Positions 27,695 to 39,339 of a DNA stretch of 64,000 bases are shown one piece after another. Positions within the stretch are counted from its first letter, which is position 1. Each line of letters opens with the position of its first letter. The stretch comes from an uncultured bacterium (GTDB taxonomy: Bacteria > Actinomycetota > Acidimicrobiia > Spongiisociales > UBA5794). The notes under the pieces were generated by a model. It saw nothing but the letters and a program-made list of their open reading frames with translations. It was not told where the DNA came from and ran no database searches. The stretch lies in assembly GCA_963844835.1 (NCBI GenBank), contig CAWJPT010000003.1, positions 17,543 to 81,542 on the forward strand, read 5' to 3'. Position numbers and translations under genes: made by a program.

Positions 27695-28583
27695 ATGAAG
27701 ATTGGCTACGCCGGAATGGGAATCATGGGCCGGGGCATGGCCGCCAACCTCATCAGGGCAGGCCACGACGTCACCGTATGGAACCGGACCGCGGAGCGAG
27801 CCGAACCGCTCGCGCCGCCGGGGCATCTGTCGCCGCGACTCCAGCCGAGCTCGCCGCATCCTGCGACATCATCATGATGTGTGTTTCGGATACCCCCGAC
27901 GTCGAGGCGGTCACACTCGGAGACGAGGGTCTCATCAATGGGCTCGGCGAGGGCAAGCTGGTGGTCGACCACTCGACGATCAGCGCGTCGGCAACCCGCA
28001 AGCTCGCCGAGGCGGTCGCCGCGGTCGGAGCCTCGTGGGTGGACGCCCCGGTGAGCGGCGGCAGTGAGGGCGCCGAGCGCGGGACGCTGGCGATCATGGT
28101 CGGTGGCGATGCGGACCGATGTCGAGCGGGTGCAGCCGTATCATGGAGGCGTACGGCACGAGCATCACCCATGTCGGACCGGTCGGCGCCGGGCAGATGG
28201 TCAAGCAGGTCAATCAGGTGCTGGTGGTGATCAACGGTCTCGCCGTCTCCGAGGCGTTGTTGCTCGCCAAGGCGGGAGGGCTCGACCTCGACGCCACCAT
28301 CGAGGCGGTCAAGGGCGGCGGCGCCGGGTCATGGATGCTGGCCAACCGGGGACCACAGATCGTCGACCGTGACTGGCGGCCCGGCTTCACCATCGACCTC
28401 CAGCAGAAGGACCTCCGCCTCGTTCTCGAATCTGCAGACGAGCTGGCTGTGCCGCTGCCGGCAACGAGCCTCGTGTTTCAGATGTACCGGGCGCTGCAGC
28501 GACGCGGCCTCGGGGCAGAAGGCAACCATGCCCTGGTGAAGGCCCTGGAGGAGCTAGCGGGCCTCGAGGTGACGCGGGAGTAG
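27695..28583 (+). CDS. NAD(P)-dependent 3-hydroxyisobutyrate/2-hydroxy-3-oxopropionate reductase family oxidoreductase; two frame breaks (~27800, ~28110)
   Basis: [19 protein letters not shown] (27695), then [22 protein letters not shown] (ORF 27778..), then [11 protein letters not shown]...[10 protein letters not shown] (ORF 28119..28583). Confidence 0.75.
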
Positions 28584-28587
28584 GCAC

Positions 28588-29562
28588 ATGGGACCAACCC
28601 TCGACCGTCTGCTCAGCTGGGAAGATCCGGCGGTGCGCTATCAGGCGCATCTCATGCTCGACGGAGCCGATCCGGACACTCCCGAGATGCGCGATCTCGC
28701 CGAAGAGATAAGGAGAAGCTCTGATTGTACGGCCATGATCGATGGCAGCTTCATCGATCCACGCCACCCATACCGCAAGTGGCAGGGAGCGCACTGGGCA
28801 CTCGTGCAGCTCGCCGAACGGGGCCATCCCGGTGGCGACCCACGATTACACGATGTGCAGGAGGTCGTCTTCGCCTGGATCCTGTCTCCTGCCTTTCTCC
28901 GGCCCAACTGGACCAAGTATGTCGATGGGCAGCCGGAGCGGGTGCGGCGGTGTGGCTCGATGGAGGGCAACGTGCTCTGGGCGAGCCTGCAACTCGGCCT
29001 CATGGACGACCGGCTGCGGAAACTGGCAGATCGTCTCGTGGACTTCGCGTGGCCGGATGGGGGATGGAACTGTGACGCCCGCCCCCAAGCACAGCGCTCC
29101 TCGTTCGTCGAAACCGTCCTGCCGCTGCGGGGGCTTGCGGCCTGGGTGCGAGCAACCGGCGATGAGAACGCAGCCCGGGCCCTAGACCGCGGTATCGAGC
29201 TCCTTCTCGAACATCGCCTGTTGTTCCACCGCAACGGCGACCTGATCATCCCCGACTGGGGCCCTCGCCCGAACTTGATCGGTTTCCCCGTTCGATTCTT
29301 CGATGTCCTGCTCGTCCTGGAGCTCATGGCCGACGTCGGTCGTCTCGATGACCCCCGCTGCGGCGACGCCCTCGACATGCTCATCTCGAAGCGTGTTCCT
29401 GACGGTGGCTTCCCCTTGGAGATGAGACGGGCACGAACCGCCACCGAGATATGCAGCAACTGCACGTTCGGTGATTGGGGACCCGGGGGAAAGACAAGGA
29501 TGAACCCGTGGGTGACCATTCGGGCACTCCGCGTGCTGCGGGACGCCGGCCGTCAGGACTGA
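28588..29562 (+). CDS. Hypothetical protein with prenyltransferase/terpene-cyclase-like alpha-alpha toroid repeats
   Basis: 324-aa intact ORF. The repeats WPDGGWNC and VPDGGFPLE resemble the Q..DGGW repeat of squalene-cyclase/prenyltransferase folds. Confidence 0.5.
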   Translation: MGPTLDRLLSWEDPAVRYQAHLMLDGADPDTPEMRDLAEEIRRSSDCTAMIDGSFIDPRHPYRKWQGAHWALVQLAERGHPGGDPRLHDVQEVVFAWILSPAFLRPNWTKYVDGQPERVRRCGSMEGNVLWASLQLGLMDDRLRKLADRLVDFAWPDGGWNCDARPQAQRSSFVETVLPLRGLAAWVRATGDENAARALDRGIELLLEHRLLFHRNGDLIIPDWGPRPNLIGFPVRFFDVLLVLELMADVGRLDDPRCGDALDMLISKRVPDGGFPLEMRRARTATEICSNCTFGDWGPGGKTRMNPWVTIRALRVLRDAGRQD

Positions 29563-29645
29563 TCGCGGCATCGCAGTCGTCATCGAGTTCCGGCGACTCG
29601 CTCGATGTGATCGCGGTACAGTCCCATCCAGGAGGAGGAGATACT

Positions 29646-31395
29646 GTGGCGGACAATGGTGGCAAGGTCATCGCCGACGTCCTGGCGGCAGAGGGGGTCG
29701 GCAAGGTTTTCGGGATCCCCGACGGGACCTATCTCGGGTTACTCAACGCACTGGTGGCAAACAACATCCCGGTGGTGACCCCCCGGCACGAGACCACGGC
29801 GATCCACATGGCCGGCGCATACGCCCGCCTCACCGGGAGGCTCGGGGTTGCCATCGCCTCCAACGGGCCCGGTGTCGCCAACGCTCTCCCCGGGATCACC
29901 GTCGAGAACGCTGAGGGCAACCGGGTTCTGGTCATCACCAGCTCGCGCCGGGCAGGGATCACCTACCCGGACCGGGGTGGCACGTACCAGTACTTCGACC
30001 AGGTGGCCACGATCCGGCCCATCTCCAAGTGGTCCGAGAGCGTTCCCTCGGTCGATCGGCTGCCGGAATTGCTGCGGGCCGCGTCTGCGGGCTAGCTATC
30101 GGGGTCGCCCGGGCGTGGTGCATCTCGACGTGCCGGAGAGCGTGGTCAACGGCAAGACCAAGGCACCCCCCGTGATCCCGCCCGGCCGCACCCGGCGCAC
30201 CAGCCCGATCGCACCCGACCCGGCTCTGGTCGATCAGGCAGTGACCATGCTGACGACGGCGGCACTGCCGATAATCCACGCCGGCGGCGGTGTCATCCAC
30301 GCCCAAGCTCACGATGCTCTCCAGCATGTCGCCGAGCGGCTGCATGCTCCGGTGACCACATCGTGGTCGGGACGCGGCGCCATGACCGAGACCTCGGAGC
30401 TGGTGTGGCCGATCACCGCCATCGAGCCGACCAACGAGGTGAGGCAGAGCGGCCGACGTCGTCCTGGTGCTCGGCTCCCGGCTCGGGGAGACGGATTGGT
30501 GGGGCAGGCAACCCAATTGGCGTGACCCCGCCAACCAGAAGGTCATCCAGGTGGACATCGACGAGGCCAGCCATCGGCCGTAACAAGCCCGTCGATCTCG
30601 CCATCGTCGGCGACGTCGGCGTGTTCCTGCAACAGGTCGACAAGCACCTGGAGAGCGCCGCCATCGAGGCCCCGCAGACACGTCGAGACCAGGTCGCGGC
30701 GTCTCATCGAGAGCCGCGACAAGGACGCCGCCAAGAACCTCGAGAAGCTCGAGGACACCTCCGCACCGATGATCACCGGCCATGTGCCCGTGGTCTGCCA
30801 GGAGATGTTCGATGAAGACGCCATCGTCATCGCAGACGGCGGCAACACGGCGGTGTGGGCGAACTTCTTCCACACAGATCAAGGTGCCGAACACGATGCT
30901 GGCGACGCCACATTTCGGCATGCTCGGCGCCGGGGTGGGCCAGGCGCTCGGAGCCGCAGAGGCATTCCCCGATCGGCAGGTGTACTGCATCATCGGCGAC
31001 GGTGCCTTCGGCATGCACCCCCAGGAGGTGGAGACCGCGGTGCGCAACGGCAACCGGGTCGATCTTCCTGGTGGTGAGCGACCGGCAATGGGGCATGGTC
31101 AAGATGACCCAGTCGATCGCCAAGGCACCGCTGAAGATGCTCATCAGGAAGTCGCTGCCACCCGGATCGACGGTCAACTCCGATCTCGGCGAGATCGGCT
31201 ACGACCACCTGGCGCGATCCATGGGGGCGCACGGTGAGCGGGTGTCGGCCCCGGACGAACTGCGTGGCGCCATCGAGCGCAGCCTGGCCAGCGGCACCTG
31301 CTCGGTGATCCACGTCGACGTCGACCCCACCAAGCACATGTGGGCGCCTGGCCTGCTCCACTTCAAGAAGATGCATCAGGAGCCGGGATCGATGA
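29646..31395 (+). pseudogene. Thiamine-diphosphate enzyme of the acetolactate-synthase/benzoylformate-decarboxylase family, broken by at least 5 frame changes
   Basis: GTG 29646 sits behind GGAGGAGGAG. The conserved pieces are spread over ORFs 29475.., 29848.., 30363.., 30769.., 30782.. and 30855..: GIPDGTYLGLLNAL, ASNGPGVANALPGI, RPGVVHLDVPE, PIIHAGGGV, IADGGNTAVWA, GMLGAGVGQALGAA, IGDGAFGMHPQEVETAVR, VVSDRQWGMVK. Confidence 0.7.
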
Positions 31396-32313
31396 TCTTT
31401 CTCGCCCAGAACATCGACAGTGCCAGGCTCAACTTCAACCAGGGCAGCCTGCTGATCCTCAACATCCTCATCGGGTTGATGATGCTCGGCATGGCCCTCG
31501 ACCTCGACGTCGAGGACTTCCGCCGCTTGCTGCGCAAGCCCAAGCCGCCCGCGATCGGGCTCATCGCCCAGTTCATCTTCCTGCCCGCGCTCACGTTCGT
31601 GCTCACCCTGGTGCTCGAACATTCGCCCTTCGATCGCACTCGGGATGATCCTGGTGGCGTCATGCCCCGGCGGGAACCTGTCCAACGTGATGACCTATCT
31701 GGCCGGCGGGAATGCACCGCTCTCCGTCGGCATGACCGCGGTCTCGACGGCGGCGGCGATCGTGATGACTCCGCTCAATCTGTCCATCTGGGGCTCTCTC
31801 AACAAGAACACCGAGCCGATCCTGCGCTCGGTGTCGCTCAGCCCGCTCGATCTGTTCATGACGATCTTCGTGATCCTCGGCATCCCCCTCGTCGTCGGCA
31901 TGCTCATCGCCCGCCGCTACCCCGGGCTCGCCGAGAAGATAAGAGGTCCGTTCAAGACCTTCTCGGTGGTTGTCTTCATGGGGTTCGTCGCCGTCGCACT
32001 GGCGAATAACTGGAAGTACTTCGTCGAGTACATCGGGCTGGTCGTCTTCGTCGTCCTGCTTCACAACGCCGTCGCTTTCTTGATCGGCAACGTGGCGGGC
32101 CGTCTCGCCAGACTGGAGCCGCGAGACATACGCGCCGTCACCATCGAGGTTGGCCTACAGAACTCGGCGCTGGCACTGATCCTGGTGTTCAACTTCTTCG
32201 ACGGGCTCGGTGGCATGGCGATCATTGCCGCCTGGTGGGGCATCTGGCACATCATCGCCGGACTGATCGTCGCCGGGATCTGGTCACGCCGTCCACTCGA
32301 AGTCGCTAACGGC
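31392..32313 (+). CDS. Bile acid:sodium symporter (BASS/SBF) family transporter; frame broken near 31620 and no in-frame stop before the next gene
   Basis: MIFLAQNIDSARLNFNQGSLLILNILIGLMMLGMAL... is in ORF 30855... It continues as ILVASCPGGNLSNVMTYLAGGN...EVGLQNSALALIL in ORF 31645... Confidence 0.65.
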
Positions 32314-33264
32314 ATGAGCCGATCGGTATTGGTGACCGGAGCCGGCGGCTACCTCGGCAGACAGCTGGTGGCGTCGCTGGCGTCCGACCGGGACGGGCTG
32401 GAGACCGTAGTTGCTGCGGACTTGCGCCTGCCCGACGATCCTCTTCCCGGCGTTCACTACGAGACATTCGACATAAGGGACAAGTCACTCGCCGCAACGC
32501 TCGAGAAACATGGGGTCGACACGGTCGTGCACCTGGCTGCGGTGGTGAGCGCGGGCAAGAATCCCGACCGGGCGCTCGAGCACTCGATCGACGTCGGTGG
32601 CACCAGCAACGTCCTCGAAGCCTCACTCCGAGCAGGCGTAACCAAGGTGATCGTCAGCTCGAGCGGTGCCGCATACGGCTACCACGCAGACAATCCCATC
32701 CCGCTCACCGAAGACGACGAGCTGCGGGGCAACGTCGAGTTCGCCTATTCGGACCACAAACGGCAGGTCGAGGAGATGCTGGCCGGCTGGCGACAAGAGC
32801 ACCCCGAGCTTCACCAGCTCATCTTCCGGCCCGGGACGATCCTCGGCGAGACCACCAGAAACCAGATAACCGATCTCTTCGACCGGCCCCTCATCCTCGG
32901 GCTGCGCGGTGCGGCAACACCGTTCGTGTTCATCTGGGATCAGGACATGGTTGCCATCCTGCGCCGGGGAATCGCAACAGATCTGACCGGCATCTACAAC
33001 GTGTGTGGTGATGGGGTAATGACCATGTCCGACATAGCGAGCGAGCTCGGCAAACGCTACGTCGTCTTGCCGTCCTCGGCGGTCCGCGGCGCGCTGTGGC
33101 TGTTGCGGCGGCTCCGGCTCACCCAGTACGGGCCTGAGCAGGTGGATTTCCTGCGCTACCGTCCCGTGCTCGACAATACGAGACTGAAGGAACAGTTCGG
33201 GTACACACCGCACAAGACAACGACGGAGGCCTTCACCGTGTTCATGAGGGGGCGGAATGGCTAG
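32314..33264 (+). CDS. NAD-dependent epimerase/dehydratase (extended SDR)
   Basis: MSRSVLVTGAGGYLG, YSDHK catalytic motif. Lies in the same frame as the BASS gene upstream. Confidence 0.75.
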   Translation: MSRSVLVTGAGGYLGRQLVASLASDRDGLETVVAADLRLPDDPLPGVHYETFDIRDKSLAATLEKHGVDTVVHLAAVVSAGKNPDRALEHSIDVGGTSNVLEASLRAGVTKVIVSSSGAAYGYHADNPIPLTEDDELRGNVEFAYSDHKRQVEEMLAGWRQEHPELHQLIFRPGTILGETTRNQITDLFDRPLILGLRGAATPFVFIWDQDMVAILRRGIATDLTGIYNVCGDGVMTMSDIASELGKRYVVLPSSAVRGALWLLRRLRLTQYGPEQVDFLRYRPVLDNTRLKEQFGYTPHKTTTEAFTVFMRGRNG

Positions 33265-34073
33265 AGGGACCAAACGGGACCTGACCGGCAAGAATGTCGT
33301 GATAACCGGCGGGGGTGGCGGGCTGGGAGCGGCGCTCGGCCGAGAGTTCGGCTTCGCCGGCTGCAACGTCGCTTTGCTCGACGTCGACTACGAGGCCGCC
33401 GTGCTTGCTGCAGACAGGATCGAACGCGGCAATGCCGCCGCTATCGAGTGCGACGTCACGGACTTCGCCAAGCTGTGCCGCAGCTCTGGAAACCGTTACA
33501 GAGCGGATCGGCCCGGTGGACATCCTCGTCAACAACGCCGGCCTTGCCCACCGCAGCGCCTTCGTCGAAACCGACCTCGCAGTGATCCACCGTGTCATGG
33601 ACATCAACTTCTGGGGTGCGGTCAATTGCACCAAGGTGGCACTCCCGACGTTGTTGGAGCGTCGTGGCACCATCGCCGTCATCAGCTCGACCGCCGGGTA
33701 CGCCCCACTGCTGGGACGAACCGGGTACGCCGCATCAAAGCATGCGCTGCACGGGTTCTTCGCCACATTGCGCACAGAAGTGGCTCCTGACTACGTCGAC
33801 GTGCTGATTGCGGCACCCTCGTTCATCGATACCAATCTGCGCAAGCACACGATCGGGGGCAACGGAGAGATCACCGACCATCCCCAGTCACGGGTCGGCA
33901 AGATGGCCAGCCCCGAGGACGTTGCCGAGCGCATCGTGTGGGCATTGGAGCGCCGGCGGCAGAACATCATCATCGGCAAGGTGGGCAGAGTCACCCGATA
34001 CTTGAACGCACTGGCTCCTTCGGTGTACGAGCGGATGATGGCCCGCTCGCTGCGCTCGGAGTTGGATCGATGA
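33257..34073 (+). CDS. Classical short-chain dehydrogenase/reductase; frame broken near 33465
   Basis: VVITGGGGGLGAAL is in ORF 33257... ILVNNAG, SSTAGY, YAASKHAL are in ORF 33315..34073. Confidence 0.75.
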
Positions 34074-34132
34074 GCTTCGGAAGCTCTCACCCGAGGCACC
34101 CTACAATCCCATCACTCGCTCGCTGAGGACGC

Positions 34133-35934
34133 ATGCTCAACGACCTGATCGTTCAACTCTCCGGAATAGTGCTCATCGCCTTCGCCGTCACCTGGCTCGG
34201 CGAGCGCATGCGCGTGCCGATCATCCTCCCGCTCCTGATCACCGGTTTTCTCATCGGGCCCGTGCTCGGCTGGATCAACCCGGATGAGGTCCTCGGTGAC
34301 TTGCTGGCGCCAACCGTCTCCATTGCGGTCGGTCTGATTCTCTTCGAGGGCGGGCTCAGCCTGCGGCTCCGTGAGATGGAGGGTCAGCAGCGCGTGTTGT
34401 GGCTGCTGGTGACAGTCGGCGTCCTCATCACCTGGCTGGTCGGTTCGGTGGCGGCGGCACTGACCACCGATCTCAACCGGGGGATGGTGGTGCTCACCGG
34501 CTCCATCCTGGTGGTTTCCGGGCCGACCGTGATCGGGCCGCTCCTCGCCGCGGTGAGGCCGCGGCGGTCGGTCGCATCGATCCTCAAGTGGGAAAGCATC
34601 ATCATCGACCCGATCGGTGCGTTGCTTGCCGTCATCACGTTCGAGGTGATCCTGCTGGGAGGCACCGTCAGCGCCACTCCGGGTGGCCTGCTCGGCAACA
34701 TGGTGCAGTTCATCGTCTCCGGTGTGCTCGTGGGTGCAGTCATTGCGTACGGGGCAAGCATCGCTCTGCAGCGCCATCTGGTGACAGAGCATCTCCTCCC
34801 GCTATTCGGATTGAGCGTCGCGCTGCTCGCGTTCATGGTCGCCGACACCCTCGCTGCCGAATCGGGACTGCTCGCAACCACCACACTTGGATTCATCCTC
34901 ACCAACCAGAGACAGCTCCGCACCGAGCAGATCATCCACTTCTCCGAAGTGATCAGGGTGCTGCTCATCGGGGTCCTCTTCATCGTGCTCAGTGCCAGGC
35001 TCAGCATCGAGCAGCTGCGTGTCGATCTGCCCGCCGCCATCGTTGTCATCTTCGCCGTCGTCCTCGTCGCCCGCCCGCTGGCGGTGGCGGTATCCACACT
35101 CAAGTCCCGGCTGAACTGGCGGGAGCGGGTCCTCCTCGCCGGAGTGGCCCCCGGGGTATCGTCGCCGCTTCTGTCGCCTCGGTATTCGCCCTCGAGCTGG
35201 AGCGTAAGGGAATCGCAGGCGCCGAGCAGCTCACCCCCCTCGTGTTTGCCGTCATCGTGGGCACGGTCCTCATCTACGGGATCGGCATGGGGCCGCTGGC
35301 CCGCAGGCTGGGCCTCGCCGACAAGCATCAGGAGGGAGTGCTTGTCCTGGGGGCGGGCCGGGTGGAGCGATCCCTCGCAGACGCCCTCGCCGACTCCGGC
35401 GTCGCCGTCGTGCTCGCCACGACCAACCGGCAAGATCACTACGAGGCCCGTATGGCCGGGAGGCGTGCCTATTACGGCAACGTACTTGCTCGCGATGTCG
35501 ACCTCGACCTCGACCTGGCCGGGATCGGTCGGCTCCTGGCTCTCACACCAAACGACGACGTGAACACGCTGGCCACCAATAGGTTCGCCAGTACGTTCGG
35601 AGGCGCGGAGACCTACCAGCTGCCGCCGCGACGCACTGCGGCGGGCATCGAGTCCGACGCGGCGAGCGAGCTCGGAGGCCGCCAGCTCTTCGGCGAGGAT
35701 TGGAATTATCAGTCGCTGTACGACTTGCTCGAGGTAGGCGGCGAGGTGCGCAGGATCAAGGTCGGTACTGAGCCCGGCATCGCCAGGGAGCAACTGACAT
35801 CTCCGGGGACGCTGGCCATCCTCTTCGTTGTGAAGGCAAGCGGGCGCGTCACAGTGATCACGGCAAGCAACCAGGACCCACTCCGCGACATCGGGCCGGG
35901 GGACACGGTGATCTCACTGGCCGCTGCCGACTGA
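34133..35934 (+). CDS. Cation:proton antiporter (CPA1, NhaP-like) with C-terminal TrkA/RCK-like domain; frame broken near 35150 (C5/G4 run)
   Basis: The TM domain is in ORF 34133..35563. The C-terminal VLVLGAGRVERSLADALADSGVAVVL...TVISLAAAD is in ORF 34399..35934. Confidence 0.75.
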
Positions 35935-35974
35935 GCAAGGTGCACCAAATTCTGGCGTGCCGTAGACTCCAGCC

Positions 35975-36940
35975 ATGCGCCGTCTGTTGGCTTTGGTGAT
36001 CCTCCTCTCGGCTTGTGGCGGAGGCTACATCGACACAATCGACCGGGGGCCGACTCGCCCCGAGCCGGGTGCGCCTCCCGACGGCGCACCGGTGCGGACG
36101 ATCACGGTCGAGGAAACCACGTTCACCCTCTACGCCGAGGACAACTGCGTCGCAGTCGAAACGGTCACTCCCGGCCTGATGACGGATGTGGCGCGCTACT
36201 GCCCGAGTCAGGACTACCCGGTGACGGCAACCACCTCGTGTGCGTGGAGCGACGCAGAAGTCGATGCAGAGCGGTTCGGCTGCGACGCTCAGATCCCGAC
36301 GGTGCTGTTCGGGAGAGTGACCAGCCCGAACATCGGGTGGGTGTGCATCGCCACCCGACCGCCCGAGTCGTTGACCACCTCAGTCCGCTTCCTCGACTTC
36401 GGTGACGATGGCTACATCCTCACCGAGCAACACGAAAATGAGGTACGGGACGCCCATCTATTCGCCCCCAATGGTGCGCGCTTTGGCACACCCCCGCTTG
36501 ATGCCCCATCGATCGACATCTACGAAGGATGTGAGGCGGCAGCCCCCTGGGGTGATACGACGCCGATGAATTACGAGGCGATGATCACACTCACGGTCGA
36601 CAGATCACTGGCGAACGACGATCTGACCATCACCATCGATGCCGGGTTGGGTGAGCAATGGGTCAGCGGAAATGCCAACGATGGTGATCCCATCGACCTG
36701 CTCGAGATGGTTGGAGCCGGCAGCAGCGGGATCATGATCAGGATCCTCGATCCCGAATCAAACGAGATTCTCTCGCACCTGTACGAGTGGCCGGACCGGA
36801 TTCGAGCGATCGTTGCATCCGGTGCGGCGTGCCGCGAGCCGATGAAGATCCAGTTGACAATCGGTTCTGCTGCGCTCGTAGGAGACGCCACGGCGATCGG
36901 GATGTCCGTTGACGACAACTTCTGCAGTATGTCTCAATAG
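35975..36940 (+). CDS. Hypothetical lipoprotein
   Basis: 321-aa ORF with signal plus lipobox LLSACGGG. No family recognised. Confidence 0.55.
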   Translation: MRRLLALVILLSACGGGYIDTIDRGPTRPEPGAPPDGAPVRTITVEETTFTLYAEDNCVAVETVTPGLMTDVARYCPSQDYPVTATTSCAWSDAEVDAERFGCDAQIPTVLFGRVTSPNIGWVCIATRPPESLTTSVRFLDFGDDGYILTEQHENEVRDAHLFAPNGARFGTPPLDAPSIDIYEGCEAAAPWGDTTPMNYEAMITLTVDRSLANDDLTITIDAGLGEQWVSGNANDGDPIDLLEMVGAGSSGIMIRILDPESNEILSHLYEWPDRIRAIVASGAACREPMKIQLTIGSAALVGDATAIGMSVDDNFCSMSQ

Positions 36941-37611
36941 GGCGGCCACGGTACCGCCGGCCGATCCTTCGGTGGATCCGGATGTACCGGTGCGGTCAGC
37001 AAGCTCTCGACCCTTTCCGTGAGGGCACGGAGCTCTCGATCACCGAGCAGCTCGACAACCCGCCCCCCAAGCTCCTCCGAGAGTGCCCCTCGAAGCCGGG
37101 CGAGCGCCTCCAGCTCAAGGGTAGGAATCGGCGTCCCGGCAAACACCCACAACACGGTGCGCAGCTTGTCTTCAGGATGGAATGTCAAACCGTGGTCGAT
37201 CCCAAGCAGCCGCTCCCCGTCGGAGATGATGTGACCGAGCTTCCGATCGGCGTTGTTGGTCACTAGATCTAGCACCGCGATCGGCCACAGCTCCGGACTG
37301 GACGCCTCGACCAGATCCAAGGGATTGAAATGGGAGTCGAGATCGACAAACCGCTGAATGGCTCCGGGCCCGTAAGGACCGTCACCCAGGATGGTCTCGG
37401 GTACTACGTCAAAGCCCATCGCCAGGGAAACCTCATAGGTGAGCACCTCACGAGCGGCCAATGTCTCGATCGGGAAATCCCACAACGGCTGCTCCCCTGC
37501 CGTTGGTTTGTAGACGACGCGATAACCATCGGCGGTGCCGGCGAGCAGGGTCGCATTGGAGGCGTTGACAAACCGGCCGATCACCTCGGTGATGACAGGT
37601 GACCAGCCCAT
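36934..37611 (-). CDS. SCO1664 family protein (PI3/4-kinase-like fold)
   Basis: Start trimmed to MGWSPVITEVIGRF (4 nt after the DUF3090 stop). Motifs VVYKPTAGEQPLWDF, NNADRKLGHI, GIDHGLTFH. Confidence 0.7.
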   Translation of the reverse strand: MGWSPVITEVIGRFVNASNATLLAGTADGYRVVYKPTAGEQPLWDFPIETLAAREVLTYEVSLAMGFDVVPETILGDGPYGPGAIQRFVDLDSHFNPLDLVEASSPELWPIAVLDLVTNNADRKLGHIISDGERLLGIDHGLTFHPEDKLRTVLWVFAGTPIPTLELEALARLRGALSEELGGRVVELLGDRELRALTERVESLLTAPVHPDPPKDRPAVPWPPY

Positions 37612-37615
37612 GCTT

Positions 37616-38098
37616 CTAGGGCCGATGTCCGCGTAGATCCCCGTTGCTCCGGGGGCAGTTGTGGCCATCCGGGTCCATCGGCAGCCCACAGTCGGGGCAA
37701 GCAGGTCTCCCGGCCGCAACGACAACCGCCGCCTCTCTGGCGAACGCATCGAGCTGGGCGAGCGTCAATTCGTGCCGGGCAGGCGGATCATCCTCGACCG
37801 ACATGAGCACCAACTCGGCCAGGCCTTGATCGTCGTCGACTAACAGCTGTATCCCGCCGACGCGGAACGCGACGGGTGTTTGCTCGTGCACGGTCCCCGG
37901 CTCGATGCCGAGACCGGTCCCGATCATGCCACGCTCGCGCAACAGCTCCTTTGCCTCGTCGGCGAGAGCTGCCACCTGAAACTTCTCTATCACGTACGAA
38001 GTTGCGTTTCCGCCCTCCTCGACCTCGAGAAGGAAAAGCCGGTCCCCCGGCTCCCCGAGCGCCCCCGCCGCAAAACGATCGACTTTGCTCATCGCCAC
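37616..38098 (-). CDS. DUF3090 domain-containing protein
   Basis: 160-aa ORF. AGALGEPGDRLFLLEV...C-terminal CPDCGLPMDPDGHNCPRSNG zinc-ribbon-like tail, typical of the family. Confidence 0.75.
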   Translation of the reverse strand: MAMSKVDRFAAGALGEPGDRLFLLEVEEGGNATSYVIEKFQVAALADEAKELLRERGMIGTGLGIEPGTVHEQTPVAFRVGGIQLLVDDDQGLAELVLMSVEDDPPARHELTLAQLDAFAREAAVVVAAGRPACPDCGLPMDPDGHNCPRSNGDLRGHRP

Positions 38099-38697
38099 CT
38101 CCCCGTGTCTGTGATGTAGTTCAAGATGGAAACCCGCGGCGACCCCTTGCTGGGTATGTCGACCACCGACACACTGGCCGGCATCGGATCGATCCGGTTC
38201 GAGAGATCGAGGGGCATCCCCAGATAGTGAGCGACGATCACCTTGATGACATCGCCGTGACTGGCAACGGCGATCGTGTCGTCGGCATGTCTGCTGGCAA
38301 GGCTCTCGATGCCGGCAACTGCCCGGAACTGCACTTCCTGAAGGGTCTCGCCGTCAGGAAAGCGAAACCGCGAGGGCGAGACCATGAGGTCTTGCCACGC
38401 CTTCAGCCGGTACAACGACTTCAGCGGCCTTCCCAGCCACCTGCCGTAGTCTGCCTCTGCGAAAGCGGGATCTATCTTGGGGCGGATCCGACGTCCTTTG
38501 GCGATCGCAGAAGCCGTCTCGACACAACGCCGATGAGGGCTCGTGTAGATCGCGGTCAGTGTGACCTCTTGCAGCGACTGGGCCAACTCTTCGGCGAGCC
38601 GTTCGCCTTCGGGCGACAACCCGATGTCGGGGTCGAGACTCGACAGCCGTTTCCCCGTTTCGGGTGTGATTGAGTGACGGATCAGATGGACTCGCAC
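38089..38697 (-). CDS. MSMEG_4193-type histidine phosphatase / putative phosphomutase
   Basis: 202-aa ORF. VHLIRHSIT (RHG-type motif), ASHGDVIK. 10-nt overlap with the DUF3090 start. Confidence 0.75.
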   Translation of the reverse strand: MRVHLIRHSITPETGKRLSSLDPDIGLSPEGERLAEELAQSLQEVTLTAIYTSPHRRCVETASAIAKGRRIRPKIDPAFAEADYGRWLGRPLKSLYRLKAWQDLMVSPSRFRFPDGETLQEVQFRAVAGIESLASRHADDTIAVASHGDVIKVIVAHYLGMPLDLSNRIDPMPASVSVVDIPSKGSPRVSILNYITDTGRWR

Positions 38698-38739
38698 CCG
38701 GGCAGCCTAACCCCCGCACCAGATGCAGATGACGGGGAA

Positions 38740-39151
38740 TCAGGCTGTGTGTGGCCCGCTCAGAACTCTGGCCGGGAGCCGAACAATCGCCTCGAGCAGG
38801 GCGAATGCTCCCCGCACCGAGATGCCGACGATGCGCAACGGGATACTCAACAACCACACAACCGGGTACAGAACCAGGGCCAGCAGGGCGAGCGGCCATG
38901 CGACCACGGCCAGTATCAGCCACAACAGAAACAACAACATCGGAATCCCTCCGCGGATAGGTGACCTCGCCAGCGCCAGCCTCCGCCGTGGGATGACTGC
39001 GCCGCCAACAGAGCTCTTCGCACCATGCGAGGATCTGGCTGCCGACACCGGACACCAGTATGCCGGTGAGCAGCAACCCTCCGACGAGCATGTGCACAGA
39101 CACCAGCCCGGCGACGTTGCTCGACTCGACAATGTGGACGAAAGACTCCAT
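38740..39151 (-). CDS. Hypothetical membrane protein; probable frame break near 38950
   Basis: MESFVHIVESSNVAGLVSVHMLVGGLLLTGILVSG is in ORF 38354..39178. It joins MLLFLLWLILAVVAWPLALLALVLYPVVWLL in ORF 38740..39132. Confidence 0.35.
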
Positions 39152-39339
39152 ATCGCGATTATCTGCGACCGATGCCACGGTCTCTATCGGGTGTGCCCCT
39201 GATTCGACCCTGAGGGTCTCCCGGGGGAGGGTCGGGGTCTATCCATGACCACAGCCGAGAGGCGCACCGCTTGCTGCCCGCCCTTCACAAGAACGGTGGA
39301 TAGGTCCATCATGGAGGTAAGCCGACGAAAGGCGAGTCT

